This document shows positions 10,129-19,988 of a stretch of 64,000 nucleotides of DNA, piece by piece. The DNA is from Gemmatimonadota bacterium (GTDB lineage: Bacteria > Gemmatimonadota > Gemmatimonadetes > Gemmatimonadales > GWC2-71-9), in assembly GCA_036679605.1 (NCBI GenBank), contig JAZDCZ010000324.1:101375-165374 (forward strand), in the 5' to 3' direction. Every line of letters begins with the position of its first letter. Position 1 is the stretch's first letter. The notes under the pieces were generated by a model. That model had not been told where the DNA came from, did not search any database, and saw only the letters and a list, made by a program, of their open reading frames with translations. The translations under genes and the position numbers were made by a program.

Positions 10129-10388
10129 TCGTCCTCGAGTTGGTCACCCGTGAGCAGGATTTGCTCGAAGATCTGTCGCCTAAGGTGCTCGGGAGCCTTA
10201 CGTGCTTGTGTTCGCGCCGACAAGAATCTGATGTATGTCTCTTCGAAATTGAAGAGAGAAAAGCAAGGCGCGCAGTCATTCAGGTGTTCGCGCACCGTTT
10301 GTTCAATCTCGGGCGTCAGTTCTCCGTCTAAGTAATCGTAGAGACGCCCAGCTGCTTTGTGGCAGTCCATGCGAGGCTCTTCTTTCAT
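10125..10388 (-). CDS. Soluble zinc-binding anti-sigma factor (zf-HC2, RsrA-like)
   Basis: MDC...LYDYLDGEL...HLNDCAPC (HxxxCxxC); overlaps the ECF sigma stop. Confidence 0.88.
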   Translation of the reverse strand: MKEEPRMDCHKAAGRLYDYLDGELTPEIEQTVREHLNDCAPCFSLFNFEETYIRFLSARTQARKAPEHLRRQIFEQILLTGDQLEDE

Positions 10389-10951
10389 CGCGAGACCGCC
10401 TTGATGTAGCCCATCTCTACTGCGTAGTCGTACAGTAGCTGCTGTAGGGCCTGGCGAGCGCGAAACAGCCGTGACTTGACGGTGCCAATCGGCACGCCGG
10501 TGACCTCCGCGATCTCCGCGTACGACAACTGCTCCACATCACTGAGAACAAGAGTCTCACGAAATTCGTCGGGGAGAGAGTCGATAGCTCTGAGTACTTC
10601 GTCATCGACGATCTGATTGAAAAAAGTGCCCTCAGGGTCAGCGTCCTGGACCTCAGCGAAGACATGGAATTCCTCTATTTCACCAATGTCCACCGTCGAT
10701 CCGGTACGCCGCGCTTTGCGGTATTCATTTATGAATGTGTGTCTTAGGATCGTCAGTAGCCAAGCTCGAACATTTGTGCCGCTCTTGTACTGGTGCCACG
10801 AACGAAACGCCTTGAGCATGGTCTCTTGTGTTAGGTCGTCGGCCTGGGCCTCCTCTCCGGAGAGCCGCAGAGCGACTCGATATACAGTGTCAAGATGCGG
10901 CAACGCCTCGGCCTCGAACGCGGCTCGCCTATCCTCTGGTGGAGTTGCCAT
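10385..10951 (-). CDS. ECF sigma factor (SigR/SigH-like)
   Basis: Region 2 DDLTQET...AWLLTI...FINEYR; region 4 SYAEIAE...GTVKSRLFRAR. Confidence 0.92.
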   Translation of the reverse strand: MATPPEDRRAAFEAEALPHLDTVYRVALRLSGEEAQADDLTQETMLKAFRSWHQYKSGTNVRAWLLTILRHTFINEYRKARRTGSTVDIGEIEEFHVFAEVQDADPEGTFFNQIVDDEVLRAIDSLPDEFRETLVLSDVEQLSYAEIAEVTGVPIGTVKSRLFRARQALQQLLYDYAVEMGYIKAVSR

Positions 10952-11082
10952 TTATGTGGCCTCCGGGGCGGCCGGTTCCAAGACCACAGTCATCAGATGT
11001 GTCATGAACATATTGACGAACAATCGCTCTCCGCTCGGGATAATGCAACGGTATCTAGCAGATCCTTGATGTACGGACTAAC

Positions 11083-11724
11083 TTGCGAGCCTCTCCAACT
11101 CTACGCAACTTCGGAAAAGTGCAGACCGATAGAATACACCCATCCATTCCTCTCGCCCTGCTCGAGGCTGTCCGGTTTCTAGACGGCCTGGCTCCCTCCG
11201 GCATAGGCAAGTATGGGGATGAGATTGCTTCTAATCGACTCGGTACCAATCCAACCGTAACCGCTCAAATCGAACGATACCGCCAATTGGAACGGAAGGG
11301 AGCGTACGTAGATTGCAATGATGTCGTTCAGTTGTTCGAGTTAGTGAATCGGAGGAACGACGCTGCTATGACGCTCGGTAATGCTGGACGGTGGGCGGCT
11401 CGCAGAGCAACGCGTCGAATCTCACTTACTGCTCGGGTTCTGCGGCGGGCCGTGCCCGGGCTATTCCGATCTCGTATGGGGTTCGCCGCTGCCAGAAGGC
11501 TGGCGGAGAAGGTGTTTGCAATAAAGATGGAGCAGGGCAAAGGAGGAGTAGTGGCCGTACGGTACTTCCAGTCGCATGGAGATACGTGCGAGTTTTACGG
11601 GGCCGTGCTTGCAGAGCTTATGAGGTGCTTGACCGATTTCGATGGTGCGATGTTGCACGAAGCCTGCCGCGCACGAGGAGATGATGAGTGCAGGTGGCAA
11701 ACCGCGACGGACATTAAGAGGTAA
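11083..11724 (+). CDS. Hypothetical protein with V4R-like C-terminus
   Basis: CEFYGAVL...HEACRARGDDECRW resembles the V4R Cys motif. Start uncertain. Confidence 0.6.
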   Translation: MRASPTLRNFGKVQTDRIHPSIPLALLEAVRFLDGLAPSGIGKYGDEIASNRLGTNPTVTAQIERYRQLERKGAYVDCNDVVQLFELVNRRNDAAMTLGNAGRWAARRATRRISLTARVLRRAVPGLFRSRMGFAAARRLAEKVFAIKMEQGKGGVVAVRYFQSHGDTCEFYGAVLAELMRCLTDFDGAMLHEACRARGDDECRWQTATDIKR

Positions 11725-11727
11725 TCA

Positions 11728-12900
11728 ATGAACAATCTGGATCGAATCGATCCTGCGGTGCTGACGCAGGTGCTAGCCGAGACGGGGGCGGACGGATGGT
11801 TGCTCTACGACTTCCACGGTGTGAATCCCGTGGTGCAGCGGGTGGTCGGGTACGATGGGATGGTTACTAGGCGAGTCTTCGTGTGGCTACCATCGCAGAG
11901 TTCACCGATCGCTATAGTCCACTCTATAGACGCTGGAGCGATCGCTGGCTTCCCGGGTGAGATCGTCACCTATACAAAGTGGCAAGAGCTGCATCGAGAA
12001 CTGGAAATCGTAGTAGCCGGTAAGCGGGTGGCCATGGAGGTATCACCGAAAAACGAGGTGCCGTATCTCGACAGGGTTCCACAGGGCGTAGTACAGCTCC
12101 TTAGCGAATTCGGGACAGAAGTGGTGCCGTCCGATCAATTGGTGACGAATTTTGCAGCTACGTGGACGGACAGAGAACTCGACGCTCACCGCACGGCAGG
12201 GGAGACAGTGGCCGAGGTTGCTCGATCGATTCTAGCCTCTGCAGTTTGCGAAGCGGATCGGATCAATGAGCTAGACATCCAGGAACTGGTTCTGGAGCAG
12301 TTTGCCCATGCGGGTCTCGACGTAGAGGATCCTCCGATCGTTGCCTTTGGTGCCAACGCGGCCGATCCTCACCACAACACGGCTCGAAGCGGAAATAGGG
12401 TCTTGCGTCACGAAGAGGTAGTTCTACTCGACCTGTGGGCGAGGGGTGGGGGATGTGCTTGGGCGGATCAAACATGGATGGGTTTTTCCGGCGATCAGGT
12501 ACCCGAAAACGTCCTTGACGTTTGGGAGGCTGTGCGCGATGCAAGAGACGCAGTCGTCGACAAGTTGAGGGTCGCGTGGTCCGCAGGCGACGTGGTCACG
12601 GGTGCCATGTTGGATGGAGCGGCGCGCAACCTGTTGGAAGACCGCGGGTATGGTGCGGATTTCGTCCACCGGACAGGTCACTCGATCGACAACGACTTGC
12701 ATGGGTCCGGTCCGCACCTCGACGACTTTGAGACTCACGATGTAAGGCGCTTGGTCCCTGGAATAGTCTTCTCGGTCGAGCCGGGCGTTTACCTGTCAGG
12801 GCGCTTCGGTGTGCGCAGCGAAATCAACATCATAATGGGAGAACATGGTCCTGACGTGACACCGCAGCAACCTCAAACTCAGCTAATTCTTCCCAAGTAG
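11728..12900 (+). CDS. M24 family (Xaa-Pro) aminopeptidase
   Basis: ADPHH, LLDLW, WADQT, HRTGHSID, FSVEPGVY and RSE metal-ligand motifs. Confidence 0.9.
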   Translation: MNNLDRIDPAVLTQVLAETGADGWLLYDFHGVNPVVQRVVGYDGMVTRRVFVWLPSQSSPIAIVHSIDAGAIAGFPGEIVTYTKWQELHRELEIVVAGKRVAMEVSPKNEVPYLDRVPQGVVQLLSEFGTEVVPSDQLVTNFAATWTDRELDAHRTAGETVAEVARSILASAVCEADRINELDIQELVLEQFAHAGLDVEDPPIVAFGANAADPHHNTARSGNRVLRHEEVVLLDLWARGGGCAWADQTWMGFSGDQVPENVLDVWEAVRDARDAVVDKLRVAWSAGDVVTGAMLDGAARNLLEDRGYGADFVHRTGHSIDNDLHGSGPHLDDFETHDVRRLVPGIVFSVEPGVYLSGRFGVRSEINIIMGEHGPDVTPQQPQTQLILPK

Positions 12901-12910
12901 TTCCTCCGAG

Positions 12911-13849
12911 CTAGGCAGCCAATTGCTCGGCATGATGACTGCCGGCTGTGTCGCTGGTGCCAGATGCCGTCCAGGTAAGGTGAATCAAGGCAACCCAGAG
13001 CGCGGTGCCGAAAATGACGTGCAGTGAACGCCCAAGTGCTGGAAGACCTGTCAAGACCATAATGGCCGCGACGATCACCTGGACTATCGTCAGTACGAAC
13101 GCGACTTGCGTTGCAATGCGAATTGGCGCGGGAGTAGAACTCCGCCGCGTTCGAAATGCGAGTCTCGTCATGTGGAGCAGGAGGCCGTAGGCAACCAGTC
13201 GATGGATCCAGTGAATCATTGGTAAACCACTGGCAGCTCCTGTGGGCCAGATCTGGCCACTGCAAAGTGGGAAACCTTGGCATGCGGATCCGGCTCCGGT
13301 GTTAGCGGTGACTGCACCGAGAATGAGCACGCCGGCGCCCATTGCCGCCGAGGCAATGGCCGCTCTAAGGAATTGGGTTGGCTGTGCGTCGTGGGCTTGC
13401 TCCAGCGTTGCCGCTCGAAACGCTGCAACTGAAAGCACGGCTAGCAGCGCCATGGCGTTCCCCAGGTGTGTAGCGGTCACGGCCCACGGTAAATTGTTCC
13501 ACACCGTCACCGCGCCGAGCAGTATTTGAGCGACGAGAAGTGCGCATGCGACGGTTGCCGGTCTGAGTATGCCGCCCTTGCCCCCCACTCCGGACTCCTG
13601 CCGTTGCAAGAAGGCTAAGCCTGCCAGAAGGAAGACCAGAACGCTTACTGCAGCGGCTGCTAGCCTGTGGCCCCATTCGATCATGACCTCCGCGTTGTCG
13701 AGTGGCGGGATCAAGTGACCGTTACAAAGGGGCCAATGTTCGCCGCATCCCAAGCCAGAATCTGTGATCCGGACGATGGGCGAAAGCGCGACCAAGGCAA
13801 AGGCCATGATCGCCGTCGTAATGGCAAGAGGTTTGAGAGTCTTCATCAA
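12911..13849 (-). CDS. ctaA: Heme A synthase (COX15/CtaA family)
   Basis: SGLGCGEHWPLC, EWGHR, CQGFPLC and HWIHR; multiple TM segments. Confidence 0.85.
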   Translation of the reverse strand: MMKTLKPLAITTAIMAFALVALSPIVRITDSGLGCGEHWPLCNGHLIPPLDNAEVMIEWGHRLAAAAVSVLVFLLAGLAFLQRQESGVGGKGGILRPATVACALLVAQILLGAVTVWNNLPWAVTATHLGNAMALLAVLSVAAFRAATLEQAHDAQPTQFLRAAIASAAMGAGVLILGAVTANTGAGSACQGFPLCSGQIWPTGAASGLPMIHWIHRLVAYGLLLHMTRLAFRTRRSSTPAPIRIATQVAFVLTIVQVIVAAIMVLTGLPALGRSLHVIFGTALWVALIHLTWTASGTSDTAGSHHAEQLAA

Positions 13850-13858
13850 GTCGTTGGG

Positions 13859-15277
13859 TTATCGCAAGAAGAATCCGAAGACAAGAAACAACATTGCTGC
13901 ACTGCCTGCCGCGATGAGCGCATAAGGTAACTGCGTGCGGACGTGATCGATGTGATCTGTGGCCGATGCCATCGATGCGACGATAGTGCTGTCAGAAATC
14001 GGTGAGCAATGGTCGCCGAAAATTCCACCTCCCAACGCAGCTGCCACCATGAGCCCTGGATGCAAATGCAATAGAGTTATCATGGGCATGACGATCGGAA
14101 TCATTATGGCAAAGGTGCCCCACGACGTTCCAGTAGAAAATGCGATGAAGCAGCCGAGCAAGAATATGATTACCGGTACAAGTCCAGGGTGGAGAGTGGC
14201 TTGCGCCGCTTGGGCTACGAATACGCCGGTTCCCAAGGCCCGTGTGGTTTCGCCGATCGCGAACGCGAGAGACAGTACGATCACAAGTGGAATCAGTCCT
14301 TGAACGCCCTTGATCACGTTCTCACTCAGATCCTTGATCGTCATGACGCCCTGTATCATGTATAGCACCGAGGCGGCCAGGAGTCCGACTATCACTCCCC
14401 ACATCACTGCCTTGGATCCGCTTCCAGCCATGATGCTGCCGTTTCCAGTCATCCAGAGGACCAGCGGGACGGTAGCGACCATTACCGCGATCGGAGCTAC
14501 CATGTTGATGGCTCTTTTCGGCACCTCTTGTTTGGGTTGAATCATTGCGACATCCGCTGACACGAGCGGCTGGGCACCGTCGCGCAGAAATTTGCCTTCT
14601 TCGGTCACTCTGCGCTCGGCCTCTTTCATTGGTCCGATGTTCCAGCCGGTCAATATGACCACGAAAGCCAATATGATGGCAATGATGGAGTAGAAGTTGA
14701 GCGGCAATGCTGAGACAACCAGGGCGATGGGATTCGCTACATCCTGAGCTGCGAGAAGACTGATTACGTACGCCCCCCATGCATTCAACGGAATCAGAAT
14801 GCACTTGGGAGAGCATGTAGCATCGATGATGTAGCTAAGTTTTTCCCGTGATATGCGGCACTTGTCGAACAGCGGCCGTGCAACTGACCCTGAAACCAGA
14901 AGACCGAAGTTGGATTCGAGAAACACACTGAGACTTACAAACGCCGCGATCAAACCCACGGAACGCTTCGAATTGGCAAAGCCTTTGCGCTCTACCCACC
15001 GGATGAAGCCCTCCATACCACCCGACGCCTGTGTAAATGTGATCATTGCCCCAATCAACGCGCTGAATAAAAGGATGCGCGCGTTATCTGGTTCGGTGAC
15101 CTTGGCAACAAATACGTCGACTGAGCGAATCAATCCGTCTACAGGGTTTCCTGAACTCATGATTGTCCATCCCATCCACACGAACAGGGCTAGGGACAGG
15201 TAGACCTGTTTTGTCTTGATCGCCAACGCAATCGCGACGATGGGAGGGATGATCGAGAGCCATCCGTATGTGTCCAT
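13859..15277 (-). CDS. NhaC-family Na+/H+ antiporter or amino-acid transporter
   Basis: SREKLSYIID, FSTGTSWGTF, GDHCSPISDST, HIDHVRTQLPYA. Confidence 0.88.
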   Translation of the reverse strand: MDTYGWLSIIPPIVAIALAIKTKQVYLSLALFVWMGWTIMSSGNPVDGLIRSVDVFVAKVTEPDNARILLFSALIGAMITFTQASGGMEGFIRWVERKGFANSKRSVGLIAAFVSLSVFLESNFGLLVSGSVARPLFDKCRISREKLSYIIDATCSPKCILIPLNAWGAYVISLLAAQDVANPIALVVSALPLNFYSIIAIILAFVVILTGWNIGPMKEAERRVTEEGKFLRDGAQPLVSADVAMIQPKQEVPKRAINMVAPIAVMVATVPLVLWMTGNGSIMAGSGSKAVMWGVIVGLLAASVLYMIQGVMTIKDLSENVIKGVQGLIPLVIVLSLAFAIGETTRALGTGVFVAQAAQATLHPGLVPVIIFLLGCFIAFSTGTSWGTFAIMIPIVMPMITLLHLHPGLMVAAALGGGIFGDHCSPISDSTIVASMASATDHIDHVRTQLPYALIAAGSAAMLFLVFGFFLR

Positions 15278-15515
15278 GGTCCCACCTATCGATGGAGATG
15301 ATCACTTGCGCACGATCTTGTGGCGTGTCCGAAGCAAGGTACAGGTAGCCTTCCTCTGGGCCAATACAGGGAACTCTGCGCCCCGCCTAGTGAAGCGACC
15401 ACTGGGGTAGTAGCGCGAATTGAAATTCGGCCCGCCCAAGATCTCGGTGCGACATGCGAATCACCAGTGAATGGACTGGGATTGTTTGGTGAGCCGAGTG
15501 GGTTCGACTGTCCGC

Positions 15516-16598
15516 CTACGTGTGGGCCCGCTTGAGGAGCCAGCCGCCAGCCAGTCCAAACAGAATATTGGGAGCCCAGGCCGCCCAAACGGGTGGCAGG
15601 AGACCCCCACCTCCAATTGCCCGCGACATCTGCATCAAGACCAGGAACACCAGGGTGGTTCCTAGTGCCAGAGCCACGCCGAAGGCGCCGCTGGCACGAG
15701 GACTACTTATGGCGAGTGGTGCCCCGAATATCGCGATGATAATACATGTGAAGGGAACTGATATTTTGAGAGCTTGGTCAACTGTCAACTGCCTACCGTC
15801 GCCACCGGAGCGTTCGAGAGCCTCTATGTACCGGCCGAGTTCGGCGTAGGTCATTTCTTCCGGTTTCTTGGGTTCGACAAGGAGGTCGGCGGGTGTTTCT
15901 GTGAGATTGCGAAGTCTCAAGGAGTCGAAGGTGAGCGCGACCTCCTCGGCCGATGTGGCCAGGATCCGCATCCGACCCTTTCCCAATGTCCAGTGAGCAG
16001 TCGAGTCGTCGTAGTACCCAATGCCTGCTTGCACTGCCAGCGTTGGGTAGTCCACGCCGGTTCCTTCCCGTTCCAACACCAAGTTGTACATCTGGTTCTG
16101 CTGGACGTTAAGAGACCGTATTGAATACACCCAGCCCCGTTCCGCTCGGTAGACAAAGTTTTGGCGAGAGCTAGTTGACCTTGTTTCTAGTTCACCGTGC
16201 AGCTCGAGCTGCCTCCTTGTAGAGCTGGGTGCCAGTTCACCAATGGCTATGCCGGCTATCGTAGCGAACATCGCGGCCACCACGATGGGAACCACCGTCC
16301 TCTGGAAACTCCGGCCCGACGCCTTTGCCGCTGTGAGTTCCGAGTGACGGTTCATTGATCCCAAGCTGAATACCGTGGCGAACAGCACTGCCGCTGGCAG
16401 AACCAGAAAGAGCTTGTCAGGAAGGCCGAACAGATACCCCAATGCGATATTCCCTGGCGTGACTCCTCTTGCTAGATGGTTGCTCAGATTGTCGGTGAGT
16501 TCCAAGAGAATGACGATGACGGGGAAACCGATGGTCGTGAACGTAAAGATCTTGATCCATTCCTCTAGGAGGTAGCGGTCAAGTATCCGTGAGATCAT
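15516..16598 (-). CDS. lptG: LPS export permease, LptG-like
   Basis: ILDRYL, SELTAAKASGRS and AAWAPNILF; LptF/G family. ATG 16598 overlaps the upstream paralog. Confidence 0.8.
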   Translation of the reverse strand: MISRILDRYLLEEWIKIFTFTTIGFPVIVILLELTDNLSNHLARGVTPGNIALGYLFGLPDKLFLVLPAAVLFATVFSLGSMNRHSELTAAKASGRSFQRTVVPIVVAAMFATIAGIAIGELAPSSTRRQLELHGELETRSTSSRQNFVYRAERGWVYSIRSLNVQQNQMYNLVLEREGTGVDYPTLAVQAGIGYYDDSTAHWTLGKGRMRILATSAEEVALTFDSLRLRNLTETPADLLVEPKKPEEMTYAELGRYIEALERSGGDGRQLTVDQALKISVPFTCIIIAIFGAPLAISSPRASGAFGVALALGTTLVFLVLMQMSRAIGGGGLLPPVWAAWAPNILFGLAGGWLLKRAHT

Positions 16599-18064
16599 TG
16601 TTTGCTGGGAGTCGGAGCGATCCCTTGGCGTTGCCTGCCGCGCCGAAAACCACCAGGCGCGTTGATCCCCTGCCGGGAAATTCGCCAGAGGGCGAGCACG
16701 CCCAAGAGACTGAATGCCATGTTTGGAAGCCACATGGCGAGGGAGGCAGGGATCTTGAGTTGGTTGGCCAGCGATTCACCTCCGATGAGACCGATGTAGT
16801 ATATGCCGAAAACTGCCATGCCAACCCCGATCACCATTCCGAGGCCGCTGTGGGGGAACTTCAACGCGACTGGAACTCCGACCAGCACGAACACAACGCA
16901 CGCTGCCGGAATGGAGTACTTCTTGTGCATCTCGACCAAGTAGACGGCTGCCCTAACCCGTGCTCCCCGCGCGCGCTCTGTTTGAATGCGAGACTCGCTC
17001 ATACTCTGGCGTGGCCGGGCATCCAGGTAGAGCCTGCTATTCGGAGATCTTGCAGCCGCGTCCGGTCGCTGCTGGGCCTGTTCGGCTTCCAGTTTTGCAG
17101 GCAAGAAGCTTGCGCGCATCCTGCAATAGAAGCTCTCACGAGGTCGAGGAATGATGGTGTCGGCCTCGATTGCGGAGAGTCCTACCAGTGCGCGTAGTCC
17201 GTTCAATTCGATGGTACGGGCTCGCTCCGCGGCGAGCCATTCATTCCGGCGAGCAGTGCGGGACACATCCTCTAACTCACATACTCCCAGCTCGCGATCC
17301 CCATGGAAGCTGTCGCCTTGTCGGCGAACGAATTCACTGCCCACTCCGGCGAGCGATATCAGATAGCGTTCGTAGTAGGTACGCTGGAATAGCGCGGGGT
17401 TCTTCCGATCGAAATCGTGTATGGACCCACTGAACAAGATGAGTTGCAGGTCCTCGTGATTGGGCGCAAAGGCCATTCGCCCGCTGTCCGCGTAGACGAT
17501 GCTGGTGCTGTTAAGGTTGGTGACCCGGTAAATCGTTACGTCCTGCATCTCATAGGTAGCCTCATCAATCTGCGCGGCCCTCAAGAACACTCTTCCGTGC
17601 TGGACTTCGTTTATGACGTGTTCCTTCAGAGAGAACGTCGGCTTCGTGCGACCGATGTCTGTCATCAACACTCGAAGTTTGTGATTCGTGCGCGGCAAAA
17701 CTTGATCGCCGAAGGCAAAGGCGACTAAGCTCACAAGGGCGGCCGCGAATAGCACTGGCCGCACCAGTCGGATCAGGGAGATACCGCCCGCTCGAAATGC
17801 GGTAATCTCACTGTCGTTTGCGAGTCGGCTGAACGTGTGCAAGACTGCAAGGAGAACGGACATGGACAATGTCATCGCGATTAGATAGGGCAAAGTGAGC
17901 GCAAAGAACTCCGCGATGACGGTCCAATGGAGGCCCTTACCAACTAGTTGGGGCAACCGCCGGGCTATCTGGTTCAGCAACATGAATCCCGTGAGTGCCA
18001 GCAAAGAGAACACAAACGGGGCAGCGTGCTGTTTGAGGAGGTAGCGGCTCAGTATGCGCATCAA
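16595..18064 (-). CDS. lptF: LPS export permease, LptF-like
   Basis: ILSRYL, SEITAFRAGGIS, EMHKKYSIP, WLPN. Confidence 0.8.
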   Translation of the reverse strand: MMRILSRYLLKQHAAPFVFSLLALTGFMLLNQIARRLPQLVGKGLHWTVIAEFFALTLPYLIAMTLSMSVLLAVLHTFSRLANDSEITAFRAGGISLIRLVRPVLFAAALVSLVAFAFGDQVLPRTNHKLRVLMTDIGRTKPTFSLKEHVINEVQHGRVFLRAAQIDEATYEMQDVTIYRVTNLNSTSIVYADSGRMAFAPNHEDLQLILFSGSIHDFDRKNPALFQRTYYERYLISLAGVGSEFVRRQGDSFHGDRELGVCELEDVSRTARRNEWLAAERARTIELNGLRALVGLSAIEADTIIPRPRESFYCRMRASFLPAKLEAEQAQQRPDAAARSPNSRLYLDARPRQSMSESRIQTERARGARVRAAVYLVEMHKKYSIPAACVVFVLVGVPVALKFPHSGLGMVIGVGMAVFGIYYIGLIGGESLANQLKIPASLAMWLPNMAFSLLGVLALWRISRQGINAPGGFRRGRQRQGIAPTPSKQ

Positions 18065-18260
18065 ATAGTGTAACTTTCTAATTCATAATCGCTTTGGATG
18101 GACCATTATATTCCGGTGGCACACCTCATACAAGACGTACACCGTTCCAAGCTCGAAGTGTCCGCTGGAGGAGACCTCCGGAAGACAGCTCATTGTCGCG
18201 CCGGCCCGGCGCCGGCTTCGTATCTAGCTATGTTGTAAATGCCCTACCGCTCATCAGACA

Positions 18261-19193
18261 ATGAAACTTTTAGCCGGTGAGGATTGGATGAAGGTGCGGA
18301 CCACACTGATACTCATGGCGTTCTTGGGATGCAGTGTCGGCGCGAGCGCCGGACAGGAGTTCGATGGCGCCGCAGCATACCAATATGTGAAAGCGCAGGT
18401 AGAATTCGGTCCTAGGATCCCTAACACGGAGGGCCATCGCCGCACCGGCGACTGGATATTGCAACATCTGCGAGACACAGCCGACTCAGTGGAAGAGCAA
18501 TCGTTCGAGCACGTAACGCAGGATGGAGACACGCTCGAGCTGAGAAACCTGATCGGCAAGTTTCGACCGGAGATGACCGAGAGAGTGCTCTACGTTGCTC
18601 ACTGGGATTCACGACCCAAGGCAGATCAGAGCGCTAACCTAGGGGATCAGCAACGACCGCTCCCCGGTGCTAATGACGGCGCATCCGGAGTCGCAGTGCT
18701 GCTGGGAGTCGCGGACGTGCTGGCTCGAATCCCTCCGACCTTCGGGGTAGATCTGGTGATGGTCGACGGGGAAGACTTCGGCGACTTTGGGCAAGGAATC
18801 GACGTGTTGCTTGGGGCTCGCTACTACGCGCGGCACCTGGACCCAGCCCAGCCGAAGCCGCTGTTTGCAGTCGTTTTCGATATGGTTGGAGACGCTGATT
18901 TGACATTTGTTCAGGAATCAGGTTCGATGGCGAGAGCCCCGGAGGTGGTGGAGCGGGTCTGGTCAACCGCTTCGCGACTCGGCTATGGCCGGATCTTTCG
19001 ATCGCAGAGAGGAGGGCCCATCACCGACGATCATATACCGCTATTGGACGCCGGTATTCGCGCTATTGACGTGATAGACTTCGACTACGGGCCGAACAAC
19101 AGCTATTGGCATACCGTAGATGATACGCCGGACAAGGTGAGCGCCGAATCGCTTCAGGCGGTTGGTGATGTGGCAATCGCACTAGTTAGGTAG
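18261..19193 (+). CDS. M28 family peptidase / glutaminyl cyclase-like, secreted
   Basis: Signal peptide; FGPR, AHWDSR, GANDGASG, DGED, DMVGD, DDH and YWHT. Confidence 0.85.
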   Translation: MKLLAGEDWMKVRTTLILMAFLGCSVGASAGQEFDGAAAYQYVKAQVEFGPRIPNTEGHRRTGDWILQHLRDTADSVEEQSFEHVTQDGDTLELRNLIGKFRPEMTERVLYVAHWDSRPKADQSANLGDQQRPLPGANDGASGVAVLLGVADVLARIPPTFGVDLVMVDGEDFGDFGQGIDVLLGARYYARHLDPAQPKPLFAVVFDMVGDADLTFVQESGSMARAPEVVERVWSTASRLGYGRIFRSQRGGPITDDHIPLLDAGIRAIDVIDFDYGPNNSYWHTVDDTPDKVSAESLQAVGDVAIALVR

Positions 19194-19286
19194 CTCTCGG
19201 CCCTGAGAAGACCAATCCGCAACTTCCAGTACCGCCTGGCGTAGGAATGGTGTGGCATCCAAGGTCTTGAGGCGACATGATCGCGC

Positions 19287-19907
19287 ATGGCAACCCGTGA
19301 CGATCGAAGAGCCGGCGTAGTGCTATTGAGTCTAGCTGCCACGGGCTTGGTGCTGCGATTGATTCTGGGTGGGGGGAGTGCTCCCGGGGCCGTTCTGTAT
19401 CGGGCAACGAACACCAATCGTCCCAGTCATGACAGTGTTGCAGCTCGGTCGGCCCGGCTAGCCCGGCCAGTAGTCAAGGGCGAAAAGATCGACGTAGATC
19501 GGGTTGCGGCGGGAGAACTGGTTCGCTTGCCGCGAATAGGACCCACTCTGGCCGCCAGAATAGTGGCCGACCGAGACTCTCGTGGTCCTTTTGGGACGCT
19601 AGCACAACTGGACCGCGTGACCGGGGTCGGCCCAGCCCTGCTAGCTATGATAGAACCGTATGTGGTTTTTTCCGGCCGGCCGCGGCCGCGCAATCGATCC
19701 ATAGAGGATCCAGTGCGCGTGAGGCTCAACTCCGCTACGGCAGAGGACTTGGCCCAATTGCCGGGTATCGGCGCAACCCGAGCGAGGGCCATAGTCGAAG
19801 ACCGTGCGGTACGCGGTCCATACCGTTCGGTAGAAGATCTGACGAGAGTGAAGGGAATTGGTATGACTACAATGGAGCGGCTCCGCAAGCTGGTCATCGT
19901 GCCTTGA
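19287..19907 (+). CDS. comEA: ComEA-like DNA-binding protein with two HhH domains
   Basis: N-terminal TM; two repeats of LPxIGxxxAxxIVxDR...GP(F/Y)...V(T/K)G(V/I)G. Confidence 0.8.
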   Translation: MATRDDRRAGVVLLSLAATGLVLRLILGGGSAPGAVLYRATNTNRPSHDSVAARSARLARPVVKGEKIDVDRVAAGELVRLPRIGPTLAARIVADRDSRGPFGTLAQLDRVTGVGPALLAMIEPYVVFSGRPRPRNRSIEDPVRVRLNSATAEDLAQLPGIGATRARAIVEDRAVRGPYRSVEDLTRVKGIGMTTMERLRKLVIVP

Positions 19908-19931
19908 CACCTGTTTTACCGCCCGTACTTT
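19904..19931 (+). promoter_or_regulatory. Candidate sigma70 promoter for pilB
   Basis: TTGACA-N16-TACTTT, ending 57 nt before the pilB ATG. Confidence 0.45.
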
Positions 19932-19988
19932 ACCCCTTGGGTTCAAACGAGTTAACAAAACTTTCCACCGGTTCCTACCAGGGCTGTA

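Noticed and set aside
10952..10980. Autoregulatory ECF promoter (GGAACC on the minus strand)
   Set aside because: No convincing -10 element, and it would overlap the SD and start codon.
15278..15515. Lysine riboswitch upstream of the NhaC-family gene
   Set aside because: The context is suggestive, but I could not find the conserved lysine-riboswitch core in order on the minus strand. An Rfam scan would settle it.
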